Below are positions 14,211-23,947 of a stretch of 64,000 nucleotides of DNA, piece after piece (position 1 is the stretch's first letter; each line of letters opens with the position of its first letter). Source of the DNA: Tubiluchus corallicola (taxonomy: Eukaryota > Animalia > Priapulida). The translations under genes were made by a program, and so were the position numbers. The notes below the pieces were generated by a model. The model searched no databases. It saw only the letters and a list, made by a program, of their open reading frames with translations, and was not told where the DNA came from. The DNA lies in the NCBI GenBank assembly GCA_030141605.1, contig JAQGDQ010000072.1, positions 124,001-188,000 of the forward strand. Direction: 5' to 3'.

Positions 14211-14356
14211 TAGTTAAAAACAACACAACTTTATTAAAACTTTTACATTAAAAAGTTAAAATCATGGCAAACAGATGATGATAGCAGCAGCCTGTCGAAA
14301 CGTTTGGCATGATTTTAATTTTTAAGAGTTTAATAAAGTTGCGTTGTTTTTAGCTA
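14211..14356 (+). ncRNA. Degenerate minimal hammerhead ribozyme in a palindrome (Penelope-like pLTR remnant)
   Basis: CAGATGA at 14272-78 (consensus CTGANGA), stem II gatag/ctgtc, GAAA-CGTT at 14297-14304, inverted arms of about 55-60 bp, AATAAA at 14332. Confidence 0.55.
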
Positions 14357-14398
14357 AAAGTTAGAAGCTTTTAAAATTATAAAATATTTCATATTCAT

Positions 14399-14698
14399 TG
14401 CAATATAGGGGTAGGGGTGAAAATAAATGGCGTTTCGCCACCGTAACTATACACAGACACACGCCCTCGCCAATTATAGTAGGTGAACCAACTAGTGTGT
14501 TTACCAACTAAGCATCTGTTCCGTAACTGCAACTAGTATGAGGAACATGTGATTGAAGTCTGGCCGTTTCTACTTATAAAATGCCTGTTTTCAGTTTGCA
14601 TTTTGACATTGTCACTAGACTACGAGATTGAAACAATCTAGTATTGAACCTGGACCTCTTGGCCGCTGTCATTACATTGGTGTCGCAGAAATGGGATC
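14399..14698 (+). mobile_element. LTR retrotransposon 5' LTR (14399-14676) plus tRNA-Leu-type PBS
   Basis: tgcaata...cattaca followed by tggtgtc(gc)agaaatgggat, compared with TGGTGTCAGAAGTGGGAT, the complement of the tRNA-Leu(CAG/CAA) 3' end. Left boundary less certain. Confidence 0.7.
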
Positions 14699-15742
14699 AA
14701 CTGGCTGGTTTGGCGAAGAGTGATTCACGTTCTTGATCGTGTCATTGTTTCCTGGAACCGGACCTCTATGGCTTCTCATTGAACATCGTAACAGATTTGC
14801 TACGTGTTCTGCTGTACCTTGGATACAGTAATTCGTTGAAGTGGCTCCGTGGGCCACCTGCGAAGATAGAGTAGTTTCTCGTTTTCTATGAAGATGGTTT
14901 TAACTTTGGCAAGAAATTAGTGCTAACGAAATTTACGTAGTTCGTACCAGCGATAGCGGCACTTTGACTGTTGTTTTATTCGTAGTTTGCAATTTTGGAT
15001 TCTTAAGTTGTCTGTGCTGTGACATATGATTGAGACACCGCGTGAGCCTCGTCAAACACAGGAGGGAATGCAACTTGGCGAAAGGATCACGGGAGTACGA
15101 ACGCCTCAGCCTACCTAAACGAACTGCTCAAATACTGTCCTCTGATTAGTTCTAGTATTGAGAAGATCTTGAATGTAAACATTTAACAATAATGGCGAGA
15201 ACCTCTCCCTTCCGGACACCATTTGGTACAAGTACAGAATCTTACACAATTACCGATAAATATTGGTGGTTTAAATATGCAATTAAACAAGAATGTCAAA
15301 TGTACAAAGACGACAGTTGCTGCGTACATGAAATACTCTGCATTAAGCCCGCCATAGCCCACAGATTTACCACTTTACAGCTCACGTATACCAGACATTA
15401 TGTCTTCAACAGCAATGTAGAAATCAAGTGATCAGTTACGAATTTCAGATCTACCACTAGAAGTGTGTGGCACGTGTAATACTTTTTTCTGGGGACTGTT
15501 AACTTCAATTTTTTGAAATTAAATTCCGCTATAAATTTCATATTTTTTCTTAGTTAATTTTATTGACTTTAATCACTTAACTAAAATCACTCAGCGTGTA
15601 TAATTTGTGCTGTGAACTATTTGGGTTATGTAATAACCCAAAGTTCTAATTAAAATGAAATTTCTAATTGACTATGCAATAACTAGCTGAAGTAATGTTG
15701 CTTCGTACCAGTGACGTAGGGCTGTGGGAATGGTATTTCGAC

Positions 15743-16194
15743 CTACCTTACCTTAGACCTTAGTCCTTCCTGCGCATTGATGCACATTGGGCAGACAGCA
15801 TTTTCCACTGAGTTCTATCGGCGGCTTCGTTCTCTACGTTTTCCCAACGTATGTTGACAGCTCGAAGGTCTTCTTTGAAGGATCTGCGCCACGTTGTTTT
15901 TGGCCGACCTCTTTTTCGTTTCCCACCAGGTGGTTCCCACTGTACTGCTGTTTTGGCGTAACGACTTTCTGATAGACGGAGAATATGTCCAGCCAGTTTC
16001 ATTCTTCTCTCTGTAACTATATCTTGTAACCGCAATGACTGCGCTCGTTGAAGAACTTCAACATTGGTGACATGGTCGCGGTAGGAGATTTTTAGTATCT
16101 TTCGAAGGCATTTTTGGTGGAAGACGTTCAGTTTCTTTGATAACTCCGCTGTGACTTTCCAGGTTTCGCTGGCATAGAGAGCCGTTGGCAGCAC
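15743..16194 (-). mobile_element. 5'-truncated RTE-clade LINE, ORF C-terminus intact
   Basis: LYASETW...KCLRKILKISYRDHVTN...GHILR...KRKRGRPKTTW. (TAAGG)-type tail. 14-bp TSD aatggtatttcgac at 15729-42 and 16195-208. Confidence 0.93.
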
Positions 16195-16208
16195 AATGGT
16201 ATTTCGAC

Positions 16209-16442
16209 AGTTCGCCACTAATACGGTTCGTCAGTACTATGGTTCACCACTAGTACAATTCGCCAACAAAATTCCTTTACGATGTTATTACTTTATCCCT
16301 TTAACAAAAGTGTTTCAGTTCGCAACTAGTACGGTTCGCCAGTAGTAGGGTTTGCCACCAGTACATTTCGCCAGTAAAATTTCTCTACTATGTTAATACC
16401 TTATCCATAGACAAATTGTTCGCCAGTGGTATGATTCCCCAG
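16209..16442 (-). repeat. 16-bp TGGCGAA-core minisatellite with a higher-order duplication of about 107 bp
   Basis: Repeated ttcgcca.tagtac units in two blocks, each followed by aaaatt..t.tac.atgtta.tac.ttatcc. Confidence 0.85.
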
Positions 16443-17094
16443 AATAAACTTTTTTGTGACTCGACTCATAGATATTAACGATTTTTGTGGATAACTTTTA
16501 AATCTTCACTCACATTGGGGCACCAGAACTTGAATGAAGATAGCAAAAGTTCAGTTCTGTACAACCACATACAATCACATAAAGAACGAGTCACAGTGGG
16601 TTAGAACTTTCAAATGTCAGCTACCCCCACCTTGTTTATATTAGTAAATGGGATCAACAAGGGTAGAAATAATAACTCACAATATGCAACCTTTTATAGG
16701 TGGAATCTGCTTGACACCCTCGTTGGATAGACAATCGACAGGACTATCAACACTGGCTGACATCTTGGTACGTGGTGCTTTTCCCTTGAGTAATATAAGA
16801 GTAAATTTAAACAACGATATCTTTAAATTCTGGCTTTCGTGGGCCTTGTGGCCTGTAGACCTGACAGCGCGGGGACGGGTTATTATGACTTGTTAGTCAC
16901 GTGATTCGCAAAAGTTCTTTAAAAAGTGACCCGAATAACTATAGACCGGTCTCTAGGACATGTATTTCTTGCAAAATCATGGAAATGTGTTTAGAAGACT
17001 GAATTATTAAATTTATTCGTGATAAAAAAATTACTGTTTCGAGAACAGCATAGTTTCTTAGCTAAAAAAAATCTGCATGTTCCGACCATTTAGA

Positions 17095-17368
17095 ATCCTT
17101 TTTTTGACTGGCATTTGGTTGCAGATAGCGGCAACGCAGTAGATGTCGCATTCATTGACTTCAAAAAAGCGTTCGATAGCGTTTGCCTAAAGTTGTTCAC
17201 GAAACTGAACGCTACAGCCTATAGATATTATATGGTTTTTGAATATATGGATCTCTAGTTTTTTCACAGCTAGGAAACATCTGTGTCTGAGTACGAACCT
17301 GTTACCGCCGGCGTAATCCAACTGAGCGTTATTGGTCCAGTATTATTTTTAATGTTTATAAATGACTT
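17095..17368 (+). pseudogene. Old CR1 RT, segment 1 (host of a nested insertion)
   Basis: VDVAFIDFKKAFDSV...GVIQLSVIGPVLFLMFINDL. Confidence 0.85.
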
Positions 17369-17394
17369 ATAAATGACTTATAAATGTTTATAAA

Positions 17395-20300
17395 TAAAAA
17401 AGCGCGGACAGTAAACTGCCCCTGTGGAATATGTGGAAAAGGAGTGAGGAAAGGAGTCCAGTGTGACAAATGTGATTAGTGGTTGCACTGCAGATGTATC
17501 GGTATGGATAATGAGACTTTCCGGGCTCATGTTGCCGATGCCTCTCTTGAATTTTTATGTCATAATTGTGAACCAGAACGTGAAGATGAGGGACATTATT
17601 TGGATGAATTAAAGTTACTGCGTAAAGCATATCCAAAGAATGTGATAACTGCATACCTCAACATCAACAGTATGCAAACTAAGTACATCATAGCTACTGA
17701 GATGTTATATGAGAGACTTGTAGATGTACTGGTGATTGGTGAGACCAAACTTGACGATTCTTTCTTAGATGCCCAGTTTAAAGTTGATGGCTATCAATTG
17801 TTCAGGAATGATCGTAACCGTGATGGGGGTGGGGTTATGGCCTATGTTAGGTCAGACATCCCATGCAGAAGAAGGAAAGAGACTGAGCCAGAACAAGTGG
17901 AAGCTGTAAATATTGAACTCCAACTCGGTGACAAGAAGTGGCTGCTTGTAGGCTCGTATAAGCCTCCGTCTCTTAGTGACACAAACTTCACAAGTGATAT
18001 GTCCAAATCTCTTGACAAAGTATTAACATTCTACGATAACATAGCACTGGTCGGGGACTTTAACTACGATCTATTGAGACCAGAAAAAAGTGGTCCCCTT
18101 GTCGAACTTTGTGATATTTTTGATCTCACAAATCTAGTCAAAGAACCCACCTGTTTTACCAAACGTTTTGAACCATCTCTTATTGACTTAGTATTAACCA
18201 ACAGACCAAACTCTTTTGCCAAAACTCTTGTCTGTGATACTGGATTAAGTGATGTCCACAAGCAGGTTTTCAGTGTAATGAAAACTCACTTGAAACCGAA
18301 GCCAAATGAAACGGCCAAATACAGGTGCTACAAAAACCTTGATCAGGATGAACTGGTCCATGAAGTCATGTCTGCCCCTTTCCATGTTGCATCAATATTC
18401 GATGATATAGACGATGCATGCTGGATGACTACCAAGTTGCTAACTGACATTGTGAACCAGCACATTCCAGTTAAGGAAAGAAAACTGGAACGGCAAAAGG
18501 CACCATTCATGAACGGGAAATTAAGAAAGGAACTAAACTACAAGAACAATCTGAAACGCATTTGGGAAAGACAAAGAACTAAACGAAATTGGAACAAATA
18601 TCGTGTTCAACGAAACAAGGTCACAGCCTTGAAAAGGCAGGCCATTACAAACTATTTTATTGAAAGGTGTACCGGGGGGCCGAAATCAAAGGACTTTTGG
18701 CCAACCATCAAACCTTTCTTGAGTAAAAATTCAAAATCTGGGCAAGATATTTGCCTCCTGGAAAATGATTCTGTCGTATCTGACCTTAAGTTAGTCTGCG
18801 ATTTGCTCAATGATCATTTCTCTAAAGTAGCAAAGGACATCGGTAGAGAACTTTCAGAGGACGAGATTCAGAATCATCCAAGTGTTCTGAAAATTAGAGA
18901 AAACTTGAAAGGCACTGAAAATTTTGATTTCAAGCCTGTTTCACAGGATCAGGTAAATAAGTACCTCAGTGCCATTGGTAACAAAAAGGCGACTGGCCTT
19001 GACAATATTCCTGTAAAAATTCTGAAACTAGTCAAAGAGGCCTTTCTGCCTCAATTAACTGGTCTCATAAATCAGATGTTTGACTGTTCAGTTTTTCCAG
19101 ATGAATTTAAGCATGCTCGAGTCACCCCAGTGTTCAAAAAAGATGATGCGTTGAACAAGAAAAAATACCGTCCAGTCAGTGTTCTTCCTATAGCTTCAAA
19201 GGCGTTTGAGAGAGCCATGGTGGACCAGCTTGGCGACCACATGTCCCGACACTTTCACCCACTCTTGTCAGCCTACCGTAGTGTATACAGCTGCCAGTCG
19301 GCACTGTTAGGGTTAACCGAAGAGTGGAGGAAGGGACTGGAGGCCGGTAACTATGTTGGTGCCATCCTGATGGATCTTTCAAAGGCGTTTGACAGCCTTC
19401 CACACAATTTATTGTTGGAAAAGTTAAGGTGCTATAATTTATCAGAAAATGCTGTAAATTTGATCAAAAGCTACCTTACTGACAGAAAACAACTTGTTCA
19501 GATCGGGAACGTCCAGAGCTCACCCCTTCCTATGGATAAAGGCGTTCCTCAGGGATCCTTAACTGGACCTGTACTTTTTAATTGTTTTATTAATGGTATC
19601 TTCCATTTTGTCAGTAAATCCACCTTGTACAACTATGCTGATGATAATACTGTTTCCTACTCCAGTAAATCATTTAATGATATGAAACAAACCTTAGAAG
19701 TTGAAAGTAACGCACTGGTCGACTGGTTTGCTTCCAACCAGATGGAAGCAAATCCGGGGAAGTTTCAGGGGATTGCTGTGGGCAAAATTACACACGACCT
19801 GAAACCTACTTTCAACATCAAAGGAGCGGATATTGAATGTACGGATGAGGTGAAACTTCTTGGTGTAAATATAGACTATCGCCTGAACTTTGACTCGCAC
19901 ATTTCAGCCCTATGCAAAAAAGCAGCTAAACAGATTAATGTTCTACGCCGTATTGGGCGAAACCTGTCGGTAAAATGTCGAAAACTCATCTACCTTTCGT
20001 TTGTTTCGTTTGTCAAGTCGAATTTTAATTTCTGCCCCGTAATCTGGCATTTCTGTAGTACATCAAATCGCCAGAAGTTAGAGTGTTTGAATTTCAGAGC
20101 GCTCCGTCTAGTTTATAATGATTTCGAAAGTACCTACGAAAATCTATTGTTTAAAGACAATTTTGTGTCTCTTCAACTTCAGAGACAACGTCTCATTGCT
20201 ATCGAAGTATTCAAGATTTTGTCCAAAAACTGCCCGTCCTATCTCTATGGACTGATAGAGGAACGAACGCAAAACCGCTACTTCCTCAGAAAAATGAACA

Positions 20301-20771
20301 CTGCAGAACACCCTACATATGATGGTGTTACATACGGCAAGAAAAGTTTCTCTTATTATGGAGCCACATTGTGGAATGAATTACCAAACTGTCTCCGAAT
20401 GGCCGAAAATCTTGGGGAATTTAAACGTCTAATTAACTCATGGACTGGTTTATCATGTAAATGTGCCATTTGTAAATTCAGCGAACTTCCCAATTTTATT
20501 AAGTCTTAATTAAATGCTGAATGTGTTGGCAGGAAAAACTTTTTATTGACCATAGCTTTTTGTGTAAATTTTAGAAAATGTCACTGCCTAAATTTTTACT
20601 GTCTCAAATGTAGGTGGCATCCAAAAGATTTTAAGAAGTACATATTATTACCATGTTATCGCTCATATACATTATGTTTGATATCGGTTTACGAGCTTTA
20701 AGCTCATGTTTTACAAATATGTACTGTTTTATATCATACCGATGAAAATAAATATTATCTTATCTTATCTT
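17395..20771 (+). mobile_element. Young 5'-truncated CR1/L2-group non-LTR retrotransposon
   Basis: Long ORF, 3' UTR, AATAAA at 20747 and (TATCT)n tail. atgactt is duplicated at 17362-68 and 20772-78. Confidence 0.92.
17483..20509 (+). CDS. LINE ORF2 polyprotein: partial PHD finger, APE endonuclease, reverse transcriptase (1008 aa)
   Basis: APE motifs YLNINS, IGETKLD, GDFNYD, SLIDLVLTN, GLSDVH. RT motifs YRPVSVLP, DLSKAFD, GVPQGS, YADD, LLGV. The annotated start is TTG right after an in-frame TAG, so the true start is missing. Confidence 0.95.
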   Translation: MHCRCIGMDNETFRAHVADASLEFLCHNCEPEREDEGHYLDELKLLRKAYPKNVITAYLNINSMQTKYIIATEMLYERLVDVLVIGETKLDDSFLDAQFKVDGYQLFRNDRNRDGGGVMAYVRSDIPCRRRKETEPEQVEAVNIELQLGDKKWLLVGSYKPPSLSDTNFTSDMSKSLDKVLTFYDNIALVGDFNYDLLRPEKSGPLVELCDIFDLTNLVKEPTCFTKRFEPSLIDLVLTNRPNSFAKTLVCDTGLSDVHKQVFSVMKTHLKPKPNETAKYRCYKNLDQDELVHEVMSAPFHVASIFDDIDDACWMTTKLLTDIVNQHIPVKERKLERQKAPFMNGKLRKELNYKNNLKRIWERQRTKRNWNKYRVQRNKVTALKRQAITNYFIERCTGGPKSKDFWPTIKPFLSKNSKSGQDICLLENDSVVSDLKLVCDLLNDHFSKVAKDIGRELSEDEIQNHPSVLKIRENLKGTENFDFKPVSQDQVNKYLSAIGNKKATGLDNIPVKILKLVKEAFLPQLTGLINQMFDCSVFPDEFKHARVTPVFKKDDALNKKKYRPVSVLPIASKAFERAMVDQLGDHMSRHFHPLLSAYRSVYSCQSALLGLTEEWRKGLEAGNYVGAILMDLSKAFDSLPHNLLLEKLRCYNLSENAVNLIKSYLTDRKQLVQIGNVQSSPLPMDKGVPQGSLTGPVLFNCFINGIFHFVSKSTLYNYADDNTVSYSSKSFNDMKQTLEVESNALVDWFASNQMEANPGKFQGIAVGKITHDLKPTFNIKGADIECTDEVKLLGVNIDYRLNFDSHISALCKKAAKQINVLRRIGRNLSVKCRKLIYLSFVSFVKSNFNFCPVIWHFCSTSNRQKLECLNFRALRLVYNDFESTYENLLFKDNFVSLQLQRQRLIAIEVFKILSKNCPSYLYGLIEERTQNRYFLRKMNTAEHPTYDGVTYGKKSFSYYGATLWNELPNCLRMAENLGEFKRLINSWTGLSCKCAICKFSELPNFIKS

Positions 20772-21345
20772 ATGACTTGCCAAATTACACAAGAACAGTC
20801 CCCATTAAAATTTTTGCAGATTTCACAAAACTTTATCAAAAACTAGAAGTTGGCGGCTCCAATAACCTCCAAAGCTTTTTCAAAATGTAATATACTCCAT
20901 ATTCTCCTCATGACCTAAGCAAATTTACTGTCTCGATGGTAACGCAAATCCTGTTGTAAACAGCGTACGTGACTTAGGCGTAACGGTAACCAACAATTTA
21001 AAGCAAAGAGACAATTGTATTGAAATTTGTACAAAAGCAAAATTTTAATAAAGTTATTAATATGATTTTCTTCATTTTAGTACATTTAACAAGGAGGCTC
21101 TCCATAGAGCTCATAAAGTTTACGTTAGGCCAATCTTAGAATATTGTTCGCCTGCATAGAATCCAATGCCTGTTGAAAAGGTTGAGCGTTATTTCACCCA
21201 CAGACTTTTTTTTACAAATGCAATATGAATCATGTCAGCTATCTGGAACAACTAAACATCTTAGGACAAAGGCTCTGGAAAGGCGCCGCATTAAAACAGA
21301 TTTAGTCATGCTATAAAATTGTCCACAAAGAGCTACATTTAAATT
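20772..21345 (+). pseudogene. Old CR1 RT, segment 2
   Basis: DLPNY...IKIFADFTKLY, VRDLGV, YVRPILEYCSPA*NP, LERRRIKTDLVMLYKI. Confidence 0.85.
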
Positions 21346-22162
21346 TGTATAATAGGGTGCCATATAATGATGCTGAAATGGAAAAGATAAAATCATAAGA
21401 AAATTATCTGAGCAAAATACTAGTAATATTTATAGAATAAGTGTTGATGATGTGCGCAGATGTGTACTTAAGCTTAAGCAAGGTAAATCTAGTGGAGAGG
21501 AAGGCCTAAATTCTAATATAATAAACGAGAATAATTTGCTGTTTGTGTACTTAACTGCTTTTTAAACATTATGCTTATACATGGGACTAGTCCTGATAAT
21601 ATGATTTGCGGGACCATGGTACCTCTTCCCAAAGAAAAACGCAAATTACTATTACGTTCTGAAAATTACAGAGCGATTACACTCAGTAGTGTAATTGGTA
21701 AACTATTTGATTTCGTCGTTTTAACTAAGAAAAATGCTGCATTAAGTAACTCTAAACTGCAATTCGGTTTTAAGTCTGAAGTCTCTACAACTCAGTGTAC
21801 GTTTCGCTTGATCGAGTAAATCATTGTAAGTTGTTTAGAAACTCATTGACAAAAGCATGCGCCAACGTGTGGCATGGTTGTTTTTTATATATATATGTAC
21901 ACCAGTCAAACATTACTAGTCAAAGGGGGTAGTGAATGGTGTGAAGCATTTCGCCTGTTTTATTTGCATTGTATATTGATGGCCTACTGGACAGACTTAA
22001 AACATGGTAGGCTGCCATATTGGAAATTATTATACAAACTGTTTGGGATATGCTGATGATCTCACTCTTTTAGCCCCTTCTTTGAAAGGGTTACAGCTAA
22101 TGGTTGAAGTATGTGAAAAATATGTTACTGATCATGATATTGCATTCAACGATGAAAAAGTG
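21346..22162 (+). pseudogene. Internal RT fragment of a different LINE family, embedded in the old CR1
   Basis: LKLKQGKSSG, HGTSPDNMICGTMVPLPK, ENYRAITLSS, QFGFK, GYADDLTLLAPS. Confidence 0.8.
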
Positions 22163-22166
22163 AATT

Positions 22167-22502
22167 CATGATCTTAATTGACCGCAAAACCAAAAGTTAC
22201 AACTCTTTGTTAGACGTGCTGAGAAAAGCTTTTGGTGCCTTTTTCTCGAACAGAATTGTCCTTGCCTGGAATGGCTTACCTGCACAAGTAAATGGATTTC
22301 CACTTGTCACAGCGCAGACCACAAAACCTTTTAAAACTAGATTTAAACAGATTTTTGCTTTTTGATAAGTACTTGTAAGCAGGTAATTTAGCCTCTGAGC
22401 GTCTCCCCCACATCATTTATTTGATGATTTTTTATGTAAACATTTGTTTTTTAATTGTTGCTTTTGTGTGATGTGAAATTAAATTAAATTAAATTAAATT
22501 AA
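22167..22502 (+). pseudogene. Old CR1 3' end with (AAATT)n tail
   Basis: FFSNRIVLAWNGLPAQVNGFPLVTA...FKTRF, then 3' UTR and tail at ~22476-22502. Confidence 0.8.
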
Positions 22503-22932
22503 AAGTTATGGTTTCCAAAATTTGAAAATGTTGATTTTTTTGTCAAGTTTTAAGTATGGTGCCGACTGTCTCTAGAAAAACGGCCGTAGCGTGGCAGCAC
22601 CGTGGCGGTGGCGGTTGTGTGGCACATCATTGGATAGAGAATTGATCAGAACTATAACCTCAGGGAGCCATCTTGATAGGTAGTGCTTCAGCATCAAATA
22701 ACTTACTGGTAAAATTTTAGTTCAAGCACACAAAATTTAGGACGTTAAGGTTCAAAAGACTCTAGGCTTCTAGGCTTAGTAGGGTAAAACAATGTCATTA
22801 CCGAGTGTTAGTTACGTGATTGCAAAGAGCTTCGTTCAGGAGATATAGCTTACTAAGTTTGGTCATGTAGATACCTGGTATATATGTATGTGTAATATAT
22901 TTATAGGGAAATATGTATGAATGGCAAAGTTT

Positions 22933-23340
22933 CAGGGTTCGACAAAACGGAGCCGACTGTGGATAACCAGTGCAATAGCTATTTTTTTCGTTTGGAAGGT
23001 AGCGCTTCTTGTAAGAGTAAGGGCTTGTCAAAAATGGACATATTTTGACGATTTTCGGGTCATAACTCATGCGGTTCAAATGGTCACGGCCCGAAATTAT
23101 AGACCAAGATGTTTCTCTACACTGGCTAAATTTACAGTTAGGGTCAAATGGCTCTGCTATGAGAAAAACTAGGGATTAACACTTTTCAGAACCCTTTGAA
23201 ATCACCATATCTAGAATCTCCGCCATCTTGAACTCCATTCAAGCGATTTTTGGTAACTTGGTGCACAGTGGCACCCATAGCCGAATTTCATTAAAACCGT
23301 TTGACGTGCAAAATTGCTAGATCCGAAAGAAACTTTTTGA
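22933..23340 (+). mobile_element. CAGGGTTCG element, copy 2
   Basis: Colinear with the 9659 copy. Related segments at 22590-22700, 45921-46119 and 46683-46882. Confidence 0.65.
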
Positions 23341-23399
23341 CCAAATGTAAAATCACTTCTTTAGTGTTATACTGTTAAACCTCCACTTGGTGGGGGAAA

Positions 23400-23750
23400 T
23401 GATGCACTGGCAAAAAGATCGACTGGCGAAGTGTACTGTTACGTACTTTTTGCACTATTTCTGTTATCAACTGGCCAAAAATTGGACAGTCGAAATAATG
23501 CATTGGCGAAGTGTACCAAGTGTACGACCATTAAAATACTTTTTGCACTATTTCTACTATTAACTGAGGAAATGATAGACTGGCGAAATAATGCACTTGT
23601 GAAACCGCTAAATGATGCTCTGGCGAAAAGATAGAATGGAGAAATTATGGACTGGCGAAAAGATAAACTGGCGAAATAATAGACTGGTGAAAAAATAGAC
23701 TAGCGAAATGATGCACTTGTGAATTGTGCCCGGCAAAATGACAAAACAAT
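23400..23750 (+). repeat. 16-bp TGGCGAAA-core minisatellite, degenerate
   Basis: Repeated ctggcgaaa.a.t...a units plus a duplicated tactttttgcactatttct block. Confidence 0.85.
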
Positions 23751-23769
23751 TGAAAAGCTGCCCTCCGTT

Positions 23770-23947
23770 ATGCGTTGCTCTAGTGTTACAATATGCCTTA
23801 AACTTCAAGTTATTACATTGTGCGTTTTTTGGGGTCTTACACGGTGCGTTATTTTTTATTACATCATCGGTTAATTTTATAATATTATGCGTTGATTTTC
23901 ATTACATTATGCGTTAATTTTGTGTTATTACATTATCAGTCGTAACA
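23770..23947 (-). repeat. ATTACATTAT subterminal array ending ...cagtcgtaaca (right-facing transposon terminus)
   Basis: Its reverse complement aligns with 13220-13395. Confidence 0.7.

Noticed and set aside
17388-19900. Short minus-strand ORFs overlapping the LINE ORF2
   Set aside because: Antisense shadows of the long coding frame with no independent motifs.
17483-20509. RT as a retron, DGR or group II intron system
   Set aside because: The APE-RT architecture, 3' microsatellite tail and TSD identify a LINE. No template/variable repeat pair or msr-msd was seen.
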